32,000 bases of DNA from Candidatus Iainarchaeum sp. (GTDB lineage: Archaea; Iainarchaeota; Iainarchaeia; Iainarchaeales; 0-14-0-20-34-12). The translations under genes and the position numbers were made by a program. Under the pieces are notes generated by a model that was given only the letters and a program-made list of their open reading frames with translations, made no database searches and was not told where the DNA came from. Positions 15,739 through 24,313 of this stretch are shown in pieces (position 1 is the stretch's first letter; every line of letters begins with the position of its first letter). The DNA is taken from contig JAUSKK010000029.1 of assembly GCA_030649345.1 (NCBI GenBank), forward strand, positions 1-32,000, in the 5' to 3' direction.

Positions 15739-18627
15739 ATGAAAAAGTTAATCTTATTTTTTTTAATTCTATTAGCTTTGCCTGCTTTCTCAGTTTATGA
15801 AATTGTAAATCAAACATGCACCAGCACACAACAAGGAAGTTTTACACAGGCTAATTTGTTATTGGAAACTTCAGACAGTTATTTTTTAACCTCTGATAAA
15901 AATGTATACCAGGCTCCAAAAATAGCAATAGGTACTTGGACTTTGAAAGGAAGTATTCCGTATCGAATTACTCAATTGGTAAATGATCCTGCTACAAATA
16001 CTTTGTATGCCGCTGGAACTCCTGCCAATGATGGCTGGAATTTTTATACCTACAAGTCAGTAGACCAAGGGGTTACTTGGACGCTAGTCGGCACGCCGAT
16101 TAATAGTTTGAATTATTTTTTATTTTACAGAGTAAATTCATTAAATGCCAGTAATGGATTCAACAAAATTTATTCCTTAGCCGGAGTCCCTCTTCAATGG
16201 TATGAGATTGCCAGCTTGGAAGAAGGAACACAAATTCGGGCAATTACATCCGGCAATTTTCAAGAGCATGCAGTAGGCTACAAGAATAATATTGGAACTT
16301 TGTATTCAGGACCATTTCTTAACCAGTTAACAGCCCGCGGTTCTTTGCCGGAAAATGAACAGCCTTGGGGTGATGCTTTGGGATTTTATGATGGAAACTT
16401 GTTTATGATTACCCAAAACAATGAAGGAAAAGGTTCTGTTTTTAGGTCAATGAATTCAGGAAATACTTGGGAAAAAGTATTCACGCAAGACATGGCTTTC
16501 ACTGAAATTGCCGGAAAACCTGAAACTGGAATAAATGTTTTGGCAAGCAATGGAAATATTTTTAGATCCTGGAATGGAACCACATGGATTAGTTTGGGAA
16601 CTTCTGGATTTTCTCCCATGGGTGAATTGTTATCTCCGGAAGCGGGAAATTATTTATTGGCAGTCATTACTGGAAGATTGAATCAAGTAATATGCAATGC
16701 TTGGCCTATGTTGAAAGTAAAACAAAAAAATATTTCCGCAGCACCTGGAGCTACAGTAACTTTGGATGTTTCAGATTCTACAGATTTAGAAAATCATACA
16801 ATTCAATACACTTGGAATTTTTCTAGCGGACCCCTAGGAGCGCCAGCGCCTGTTTTGAATAATTCAGCCACAGCAATTGCAACTGCAATTATGCCTAACC
16901 AAACTGGAGAATATTTTTTTGAAATTAGATTAAAAGACAACGGAAGTCCAGCAATTCTGCCAGCCCAAGGCAGTGCAGATTTAATTACAGTTACAGTTCA
17001 AGAAAATCAAGCTCCAACAGCAAATGCGGGCCCAGATATTCAATGCACAATAAATCAAAATTGCACAGTGCAAGGAATTGGAACAGATCCAGAAAATCAG
17101 TCTTTAGAATATAATTGGAATTTGGCACTGAATTCACCTCAAGGCCCAATTCAAACTGTCGGAGCAGAAGATCAAACAAATTATACTTTTACCGCAGCTC
17201 AAATTGGGACTTATATTTTAACTTTTGCAGTTACAGATAATGCCAATCAAACTGCAAAAGATCAAGTAACGATCACAATGGTTTCAGATCAAGTCAATCA
17301 CGCGCCCATAGTAAATGCTGGACCTGATGTACTTTGTGTAATTAATGAAGAGTGTACTTTAGTTGGACAAGCCAGTGATCCAGATAATGATGAATTAAAT
17401 TATTTCTGGACACCGGAAGTTATGCCAGGCAATGCCATCCCAGCACAACCACCCATTAGTCTTACTTTAGTGTTTACAGCAAACACAATTGGAAATTATA
17501 CATTTAAATTAACTGCACAAGATCGAGAAGATTTAGATGACCCGAACTTATTGGAAGCCAGTGATACAGTTAATGTAATCATGTTTGCCAGTCAAGAAGA
17601 ATTAGAAGCAGCCAATCAAGTGCCTATAGCGAATGCAGGAGTCAATCAAATTGTACACACAGGAGAAATTGTTCAATTAAATGGAAATCAAAGTTCAGAT
17701 CCAGAAGGACAAACAATAAATTATGCTTGGACTCAAGTCAGCGGACCTTTAATTACAATTCAAAACGGAAATCAAATGCTTGCAAATTTTACTCCAACTC
17801 AAATTGGAACTTATGTGTTTCGATTAAGTGTTACAGATTCTTTGGAAGCCAGTGCCAATGATGATATTAGTATTCAGGTATTGGAACAAATTTCTGGAAC
17901 ACAAACAGTCTGCGGAAACAATGTATGTGAAGAAGGAGAAAATGTTGTCAGCTGTGCGTTTGATTGTGAAATTAATTCAAGCGGAGAAAGACCAGGATTT
18001 AGTGTTCCTTTTGCGCGCGCAGGAAGAGATCAAAATGTAGAAGAAGGAGATTTTGTGATATTGGATGGAAGTACAAGCTCAGATGCAGATGAACAAGCAC
18101 TGGCTTTTGAATGGGAACAAACCAGCGGAGAAACTGTAGCCATTATTAATGCAGATCGAAGTAAAGCAATTTTTGTAGCAGGAGAAACAGGAACAGAATA
18201 TGAATTCAAATTAACAGTCACAGACGAATCCGAAAATACTGCAACTGATTTAGTTAAAGTCAAAGTAGAAACTGTGACAGCTCGAAGAACTACCGGCAGC
18301 GGACAAAACCCAACAGATACTACAGTAAATGCAGGAAACACTTTAGGAAATACATGCAGTGGAACTGTGTGTTTAGGATTTTGTTATTCAGGACAAGGAA
18401 TATGCTGTACAGACGGCTGGCATTCGAATACTGAAACATGTCAAGAGTCTGGAGCACTTCCAATTGGAAACAATGTTGATTTTAATTTAGGAACTGGAGG
18501 AATGCCTGATTTTCTAAGCTCTCCGATTTTTTTAATATTAACTGCAGTTTCAATTTTAGGCGGAATTATTGCATGGTTCTTGAAATTTAGAAAAAAAGAA
18601 CCCTATCAAAAAAAGCAAGCTATTTAA
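15739..18627 (+). CDS. Giant surface protein: signal peptide, BNR/Asp-box beta-propeller-like domain, 4-5 PKD-like Ig repeats, CGN module, C-terminal TM anchor
   Basis: ATG 15739 (MKKLILFFLILLALPAFS); the ORF track uses TTG 15727. Asp-box matches (S-x-D-x-G-x-T-W type) are KSVDQGVTWT and RSMNSGNTWE. The repeated ~95-aa units begin N(Q/H)(A/V)P(T/I)(A/V)NAGPD... with ...DP(E/D)... (Y/F)xW. VCGNNVCEEGENVVSCAFDC is present, and the C-terminus is IFLILTAVSILGGIIAWFLKFRKK. Confidence 0.85.
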   Translation: MKKLILFFLILLALPAFSVYEIVNQTCTSTQQGSFTQANLLLETSDSYFLTSDKNVYQAPKIAIGTWTLKGSIPYRITQLVNDPATNTLYAAGTPANDGWNFYTYKSVDQGVTWTLVGTPINSLNYFLFYRVNSLNASNGFNKIYSLAGVPLQWYEIASLEEGTQIRAITSGNFQEHAVGYKNNIGTLYSGPFLNQLTARGSLPENEQPWGDALGFYDGNLFMITQNNEGKGSVFRSMNSGNTWEKVFTQDMAFTEIAGKPETGINVLASNGNIFRSWNGTTWISLGTSGFSPMGELLSPEAGNYLLAVITGRLNQVICNAWPMLKVKQKNISAAPGATVTLDVSDSTDLENHTIQYTWNFSSGPLGAPAPVLNNSATAIATAIMPNQTGEYFFEIRLKDNGSPAILPAQGSADLITVTVQENQAPTANAGPDIQCTINQNCTVQGIGTDPENQSLEYNWNLALNSPQGPIQTVGAEDQTNYTFTAAQIGTYILTFAVTDNANQTAKDQVTITMVSDQVNHAPIVNAGPDVLCVINEECTLVGQASDPDNDELNYFWTPEVMPGNAIPAQPPISLTLVFTANTIGNYTFKLTAQDREDLDDPNLLEASDTVNVIMFASQEELEAANQVPIANAGVNQIVHTGEIVQLNGNQSSDPEGQTINYAWTQVSGPLITIQNGNQMLANFTPTQIGTYVFRLSVTDSLEASANDDISIQVLEQISGTQTVCGNNVCEEGENVVSCAFDCEINSSGERPGFSVPFARAGRDQNVEEGDFVILDGSTSSDADEQALAFEWEQTSGETVAIINADRSKAIFVAGETGTEYEFKLTVTDESENTATDLVKVKVETVTARRTTGSGQNPTDTTVNAGNTLGNTCSGTVCLGFCYSGQGICCTDGWHSNTETCQESGALPIGNNVDFNLGTGGMPDFLSSPIFLILTAVSILGGIIAWFLKFRKKEPYQKKQAI

Positions 18628-18650
18628 ACAATAAAGTTCTCTTTGTATAA

Positions 18651-21600
18651 ATGAATTCAAACAAAATTTTGCTTTTTTTAGTCTTAATTTTTTCAATCCA
18701 AACAGTTCAAGCTCAATGGACTGAAACCACACCTTTGCCTTTAACTGGAATGACAATTGGAAGAGATATCACACGAGCCAGTGATGGCACTTTGTATGTT
18801 GGAGGAGACGGCATTCGTGTTTATAGTGCCAACAGCAATGGAACTTCTTGGACAGATACTAGCGTACTTGGAACAGTTGCATTTAATGCATTGGCCGCCG
18901 GTGATTCTGGAAACATCTATGCATTAACTGGAACAGCAGCAGGAAGTGGGATTCATAGATACAATGGAACAACTTGGACAACGCTTAAAACATTTGACAA
19001 TATTTCCAGTGCCAATGACATAGTCTACGTTGGAAACAATACATTGTATTTTTCTTATTTTAATGATGTAAATCGTTCAACGGACGGTGGAGTGAACTGG
19101 GCTTCAACTGGGTTGGTTACAGCATTGGGTGGAAGTGCTTCATCGTATTCAGTGCAAGATTTAGATTACGATGAAACTGGAGCAATATATGCTGTAGTGC
19201 AAAGATTTGCTCCAACTCAAGCTGAAGTTTGGAGATACAATGGAACAACTTGGACACAAGTAGCTGCTCTGTTAAATTATTCTTCTTCAAGAATTTTGGC
19301 TCACAAAGAAGGTTCTGCACCAACTCAAGTTTTTATTAATAATAATACAATTTTACTCAAAGGAAGTGGTGATGGCGCATTAACTTTCAGTGAAATAAAA
19401 ACATTTACAAACTCAGTTCAAAAAATTTACAGATTAAGTGATGGAAAAATTACAGTTTTAGAAGGAGTTAAAGTATGGCGTTCAGCCAATGCAGATTCAG
19501 ATATTATTGCTGGAGCAACATTTAATGATTTGGGAAATGTTCGAAGTACAGGAACTGCTGGTGGAATAACCCAATCCGCCAACGGAAATTTATATGTTCT
19601 GGCCTATTGGCTGGGCGCAGGAGGAAGCAGTAATTTTGAATCCGGTGTTTATTATTTTGGGTCAGCACCGCCACCCAGCCAAGTTTGTGGAAATGGAACT
19701 ATTGAAAGTCCAGAAGTATGTGATGGAGCTAATTTAAATTCTCAAACTTGTTCCAGTCAAGGTTTTGCTTCTGGAACTCTGGCATGTAATGCCAATTGTT
19801 TAGGATTTAATACTTCTTCATGTGTTTCAAATCCTGTTTGTGGAAATAGTGTATGTGATGCTGGAGAAACCAGTGTAAATTGCTCCATGGATTGTGGCCC
19901 AGCTTCAACAACACCCAAAGCTTGCTGTACCAATCAAGATTGTAGTACTAGCCAAATTTGCAATCCCAGCAATCAAAGATGTGAAACAAAAACTGGAACT
20001 TCTTGTACCAGCAGAGCCAATTGTCCTGCAGGCCAAAGTTGTGTTTCTGGAATTTGTGGAAACAGTACTTCAACAGATCCAAACCGAACAGGACAAGGAA
20101 CCAATTGTAATGGAAATAATGGAATTTGCCCAATTGGATATTATTGTTCTCCTGTAACTGACACTTGTGTTCCAGGAGCAGTATGTTCAACATCATCTAC
20201 AGACATGAATAATCATACGTGTCCGCAAACTTGTGCAACTGTAACAGAACAAGGATACAGTACTACATCTACAACTTGTTTATCACAATCTTGTATTCCG
20301 ACTTTTTCAACTCAAAACATTCCGAATGGACCAGTTCAATGTTGTGGAATCAATTGTCAAACTGGACAAATTTGCGGAAGTAATGGAACTTGTCAAAACA
20401 GACAAAGATGTTCTTTACCAGCAGACTTTATTGGAGGAACTGGAAGCACAACAGGACCTTCATGCGCAACAGATACAACTTGCGCAACAGGATATAGTTG
20501 TCAAACTGGATTTTGTAGATTAGCACCTGATTGCCCAACAGGAAATACTTGCGGACAAGACAGATATTGTGCGCCTTCAAGTGCTCCAGTTTGTCCTGGA
20601 TCACAAGAGTGTGAAAGTCCATGTCAAAGATACGATACTGGGTTAGGTCAATGTGTGCAAGATAATTCTTTGCCTACTTGTTCACCTGGAGAAATTCAAT
20701 GTTGTTCAGACAGTCAATGTGGTTCAACGCAAGTATGTGTTCCAGATGGAAGTTCTACTGGAATTTGTCAAGAAAGAACTACTTTAACAGCATGTGAAAG
20801 TCAATCCAGTTACCAAGAAATAACATGTACCACCAATGCAGATTGTGCAGGACATGGAATAAATCCAATTTGTAATACTGCAAACAATAAATGTTATAAT
20901 AAAACAGGAACAACTTGCAGTCCAGGAGATACAACAAGAGGTTGTAGTCCGAATACAGAATGTTTAGAAAATTATTGTTCAACCCCAAGTCTAGAAATGG
21001 TACCAACACAAGGTTCTTGTGCACCTGGAACAACTTGTGCAACCTCAGGTCCAAATCAAAATTTATGTGTTCCTTCTGGAACAATTTGCCCCAGTTCAGG
21101 AAATACTTGCCCAATTCCAGAAACTCCAATCAACAATGTATGTTTTACCTGCCAAGGAGAAAATTGTACAATTACTGACAGTATTGAATGTCCTACAACA
21201 GGACAAACACAAGCAGGAAGTATTTGCAATACAGACACAGATTGTTCATATTACGAAAGTTGTAATATTCAAACCAATGTTTGCCAAACTTTAGCATGCA
21301 CAGGCACAGAAGTACCAGTCAATCACCGGTGTATTCCTGGCAGTGATTTTTGCCAAGATGCAACACTCAGAGAATTGGAAAGAATTATTGAAACCAATAC
21401 AACCAATAGTGAAGTAACCAGTTTACTGGAACGATTGCAGACAGAAATAGCTGCAGGAAATATAGGACAAGCACAGAATACTTTGCAAAAAATTATTGAA
21501 AAATTACCTGGAACTCAAGGAACAGATACCATTACTTTATTGCGGGAAGCCAGAACACAATTGGAAGCAGGAAATGCAGGACAAGCTCAAGCCATTTTAC

Positions 21601-21740
21601 AAAGAGCAGCCCAGCAAAGCGGAGTGGTTAGCTCAGAACAATTTTCCAACCAGCAGCAAATCCAAAATGTATTGTACGGAATCATCGGAGTTCTGACTGC
21701 AGTTATTGGAGCATTGGCCTTCTTGTATTACAAAAAATAA
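18651..21740 (+). CDS. Giant surface protein: signal peptide, BNR/Asp-box propeller-like domain, ~540-aa cysteine-rich stalk, helical repeat, C-terminal TM anchor
   Basis: Signal peptide MNSNKILLFLVLIFSIQTVQA. Propeller blades are marked by NRSTDGGVNWAST, NSNGTSWTD and RYNGTTWT (twice). VCGNGTIESPEVCDG... and VCGNSVCDAGETSVNCSMDC are present, followed by dense C-x3-(D/Q)-C-x4-6-C-x5-8-C units. The duplicated helices are EIAAGNIGQAQNTLQKI and QLEAGNAGQAQAILQRA, and the C-terminal anchor is LYGIIGVLTAVIGALAFLYYKK. Confidence 0.85.
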   Translation: MNSNKILLFLVLIFSIQTVQAQWTETTPLPLTGMTIGRDITRASDGTLYVGGDGIRVYSANSNGTSWTDTSVLGTVAFNALAAGDSGNIYALTGTAAGSGIHRYNGTTWTTLKTFDNISSANDIVYVGNNTLYFSYFNDVNRSTDGGVNWASTGLVTALGGSASSYSVQDLDYDETGAIYAVVQRFAPTQAEVWRYNGTTWTQVAALLNYSSSRILAHKEGSAPTQVFINNNTILLKGSGDGALTFSEIKTFTNSVQKIYRLSDGKITVLEGVKVWRSANADSDIIAGATFNDLGNVRSTGTAGGITQSANGNLYVLAYWLGAGGSSNFESGVYYFGSAPPPSQVCGNGTIESPEVCDGANLNSQTCSSQGFASGTLACNANCLGFNTSSCVSNPVCGNSVCDAGETSVNCSMDCGPASTTPKACCTNQDCSTSQICNPSNQRCETKTGTSCTSRANCPAGQSCVSGICGNSTSTDPNRTGQGTNCNGNNGICPIGYYCSPVTDTCVPGAVCSTSSTDMNNHTCPQTCATVTEQGYSTTSTTCLSQSCIPTFSTQNIPNGPVQCCGINCQTGQICGSNGTCQNRQRCSLPADFIGGTGSTTGPSCATDTTCATGYSCQTGFCRLAPDCPTGNTCGQDRYCAPSSAPVCPGSQECESPCQRYDTGLGQCVQDNSLPTCSPGEIQCCSDSQCGSTQVCVPDGSSTGICQERTTLTACESQSSYQEITCTTNADCAGHGINPICNTANNKCYNKTGTTCSPGDTTRGCSPNTECLENYCSTPSLEMVPTQGSCAPGTTCATSGPNQNLCVPSGTICPSSGNTCPIPETPINNVCFTCQGENCTITDSIECPTTGQTQAGSICNTDTDCSYYESCNIQTNVCQTLACTGTEVPVNHRCIPGSDFCQDATLRELERIIETNTTNSEVTSLLERLQTEIAAGNIGQAQNTLQKIIEKLPGTQGTDTITLLREARTQLEAGNAGQAQAILQRAAQQSGVVSSEQFSNQQQIQNVLYGIIGVLTAVIGALAFLYYKK

Positions 21741-21750
21741 TTCCAGCATT

Positions 21751-22374
21751 ATGCCTAATTCTAATTTAGAAAAATATGCTTATGGAATTTTAACTAGAAA
21801 TAATTCCCTGCGGGAATACGAATTTTTTTTATCCAACATCAGCTCAGAACTTTCATTGCAAGAACTGATAAAAGAATTTTTAAAAACCAGAAAAAAAGTA
21901 CGATTACTGGATTTAGGTTCTGGAGAAGGACAGGCTTTAAAAGAATTAAAAAATTTATTCAAAAATCAAATTGAAACTATTGGAATGGATTTATTGAATA
22001 GCCCAAAAGAAAATTTTGATCGGTTTATTTTAGGAAATATTTTGGAAAAAGAATTTCCAAAAGAATGCGATATTATTTTAGGCTTCCGTTCACTGCATGA
22101 AATAGGAAATATTGAAAAAAATTTGGAAAAAATCTCTCAAGCACTAAAAATTGGCGGCTTGGCTTTTTTATCCATACGCATCCAAGACTCGCACAATGGA
22201 GTTATGCAATGGATTGGAAAAATAATTGAACAGGATTTAAAATTTTTGCAAAAAATCATTCAACAAAAAGAATGGAAAAATATGAAAATTCAAGGATATA
22301 CAGTAAATGTAAAACTAGAAACTGCAGAAAGCATTACCAGTGGAGTGAACTTGATTTTGGTTCGAGTGCAATAA
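21751..22374 (+). CDS. Class I SAM-dependent methyltransferase (small, substrate unknown)
   Basis: ATG 21751 lies 10 nt after the stop of the giant gene; the ORF-track start 21706 overlaps that gene. Motif I is VRLLDLGSGEGQALKEL. The acidic post-beta2 residue is in IGMDLL, and GGLAFLSI marks the motif-IV/V region. Confidence 0.65.
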   Translation: MPNSNLEKYAYGILTRNNSLREYEFFLSNISSELSLQELIKEFLKTRKKVRLLDLGSGEGQALKELKNLFKNQIETIGMDLLNSPKENFDRFILGNILEKEFPKECDIILGFRSLHEIGNIEKNLEKISQALKIGGLAFLSIRIQDSHNGVMQWIGKIIEQDLKFLQKIIQQKEWKNMKIQGYTVNVKLETAESITSGVNLILVRVQ

Positions 22375-22423
22375 ACAGAAAGAGTTTAAAAAATAAAGGT
22401 TACAATTACTAGAAGGAGATTAT

Positions 22424-23596
22424 ATGGGCAAAATATACGATGTGGCAGTCATTGGAGCTGGACCAGCTGGAGCCAGTGCAGCCAAAAACAGTGCACAATT
22501 AGGACTGGAAACTATATTATTGGAAGAACATACAAGCATCGGAGAACCCGTGCATTGCGGAGAATGCTTATCTGAGTACGCTACACAAAATATTGGAATC
22601 AAATTGCCTAAAGAAGTAATTTCTTTAGATGTAAAAGGAGTTAAAGTAATTTTTCCAGATGGAACAGATCGAAATGTTTCCGAACCAGGCTATGTTTTAG
22701 AAAAACACCTATTTGAACAATGGCTAGCTAGTGAAGCTGAAAAATTGGGAGCATATATTTCTTTGGATTCCAAAGTTACTGAATTAGAACGCAGGCAAGG
22801 ATTATGGAATTTAAAAGCCAAAGACAAAGAAATTCAAGCCAAAATTGTAATTGATGCTTCTGGAGTGCAGGCAGTTACTTCTCGTTTTTTGGGAATCAAT
22901 CAACGTTTCCAAAGTGTGGTGGGAATGCAGTATGAAATGCAGGAAGTAGAAACCACAGGATATTTAGATTTTTATTTATGGCCAGAATTAGCACCCGAAG
23001 GATATTTATGGGTAATTCCAAAATGCAATCAAAGAAGCAATGTAGGTTTAGTAACCACACAAATGAATAAAGCCAAAACATATCTGGATCAATTCACAAA
23101 ACGAATTGGGGTAGATGGAAAAAAGATTAATAAAACATTTGGCGGAATGATTCCAGCCTCAGGTCCTTTGAAAAATACGTTTGCGGAAGGATTAATGTTG
23201 GTTGGAGATGCCGCAGGATTCACCAGCCCTTTGTTTGAAGGAGGAACTCAGTTGTCTTTAAAGTCCGGACAATTTGCAGCTCAAGTAGCCAAACAAGCTG
23301 TTGAAAAAAATGATTTAAGTGCAGAACAATTAAGCCAGTATAAAAAATTGTGGTTTCCTGAATTTCCGAATTATGAAAAATTAATTGACGGCAGAGAAAA
23401 ATTGTATAAATTTTCAGATGTTGAATTGAGTCAAATGGCAAAAATCATGCCTATGGAATTAGGAACTTTAAGTTTTTTCCAAAAAATAAATGTTGGATTC
23501 AATGTTTTAATCAAGCATCCGCATTTTTTTAAGAAAGGATTTATGCCGGCTATGCAAGCATTTGAATATTCTAGAGCTAAATTTTACGGCTGGTAG
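22424..23596 (+). CDS. Geranylgeranyl reductase family FAD-dependent oxidoreductase (archaeal lipid/isoprenoid saturation)
   Basis: The Rossmann FAD motif YDVAVIGAGPAGASAAK, the conserved PVHCGE Cys motif and the GDAAGF motif are present. The 390-aa size is typical. An AGGAGAT RBS lies 5 nt upstream. Confidence 0.85.
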   Translation: MGKIYDVAVIGAGPAGASAAKNSAQLGLETILLEEHTSIGEPVHCGECLSEYATQNIGIKLPKEVISLDVKGVKVIFPDGTDRNVSEPGYVLEKHLFEQWLASEAEKLGAYISLDSKVTELERRQGLWNLKAKDKEIQAKIVIDASGVQAVTSRFLGINQRFQSVVGMQYEMQEVETTGYLDFYLWPELAPEGYLWVIPKCNQRSNVGLVTTQMNKAKTYLDQFTKRIGVDGKKINKTFGGMIPASGPLKNTFAEGLMLVGDAAGFTSPLFEGGTQLSLKSGQFAAQVAKQAVEKNDLSAEQLSQYKKLWFPEFPNYEKLIDGREKLYKFSDVELSQMAKIMPMELGTLSFFQKINVGFNVLIKHPHFFKKGFMPAMQAFEYSRAKFYGW

Positions 23597-24191
23597 TAAG
23601 GCAATTTTGAATAAGTGTTTTATAATCTAATTTTTTTTCTTCCGATTCAATTACAGATAAAATTGCTTGCGTATTGGGATGCTTGCTTCCTAAAATATCA
23701 CAGCTTTCCGGGCCAATCGAAATTTCGTAGGTGCCGATTTTTTTTGCAATCTGAATAATTTCTTCTTTATCTAAAGCCAAAACAGGACGAAGCAAAGGAA
23801 TATGAATCGCGGATTGGATTACGGACAAATTGGCTAAAGTTTGACTGCTGACTTGCCCTAAACTTTCGCCAGTCACTAAAAAAGAACAATTTTCTTTTTC
23901 AGCTAAATATTCTGAAGTTTTCAACATAAAGCGTTTCATTAAAACAAAGTATAAACCATGCGCACATTGTTTGGCTAATTCTTCAAAAGCTGGACTGGCA
24001 TTCAAAACAATTAATTTTGAAAAAGTTAATTTTTCGCAGACATCTTTGCATTTGTCTTCAGGGTTTCTTCCAATAAATTTGCTGGCAAAATGAACTGCAA
24101 TAATTTCAAAATTTTGCTGTTGAGCTAAAAAACCTGCAACTGGGCTGTCAATGCCTCCAGATAAAAGCAACAAAACGCGTATTTTAGGCAT
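23577..24191 (-). CDS. thiI: ThiI-like PP-loop ATP pyrophosphatase domain (tRNA 4-thiouridine / sulfur transfer), lacking THUMP and rhodanese domains
   Basis: The PP-loop is LLLSGGIDSPVAG and the ThiI-specific motif TGESLGQVSSQTLANL is present. At 204 aa it covers only the adenylation domain. Its 3' end overlaps the convergent reductase gene by 20 nt. Confidence 0.8.
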   Translation of the reverse strand: MPKIRVLLLLSGGIDSPVAGFLAQQQNFEIIAVHFASKFIGRNPEDKCKDVCEKLTFSKLIVLNASPAFEELAKQCAHGLYFVLMKRFMLKTSEYLAEKENCSFLVTGESLGQVSSQTLANLSVIQSAIHIPLLRPVLALDKEEIIQIAKKIGTYEISIGPESCDILGSKHPNTQAILSVIESEEKKLDYKTLIQNCLTTSRKI

Positions 24192-24313
24192 ATATTAAAG
24201 TTATTCGACAAAAAGTATAAAAAAACAGTTAGAAAAACGAAAGATTAAGAGAAAATAAGTTGGAAAAGGCAAGCGAAACTCATTTATATTGCCACTAACT
24301 TATATAGGACACT

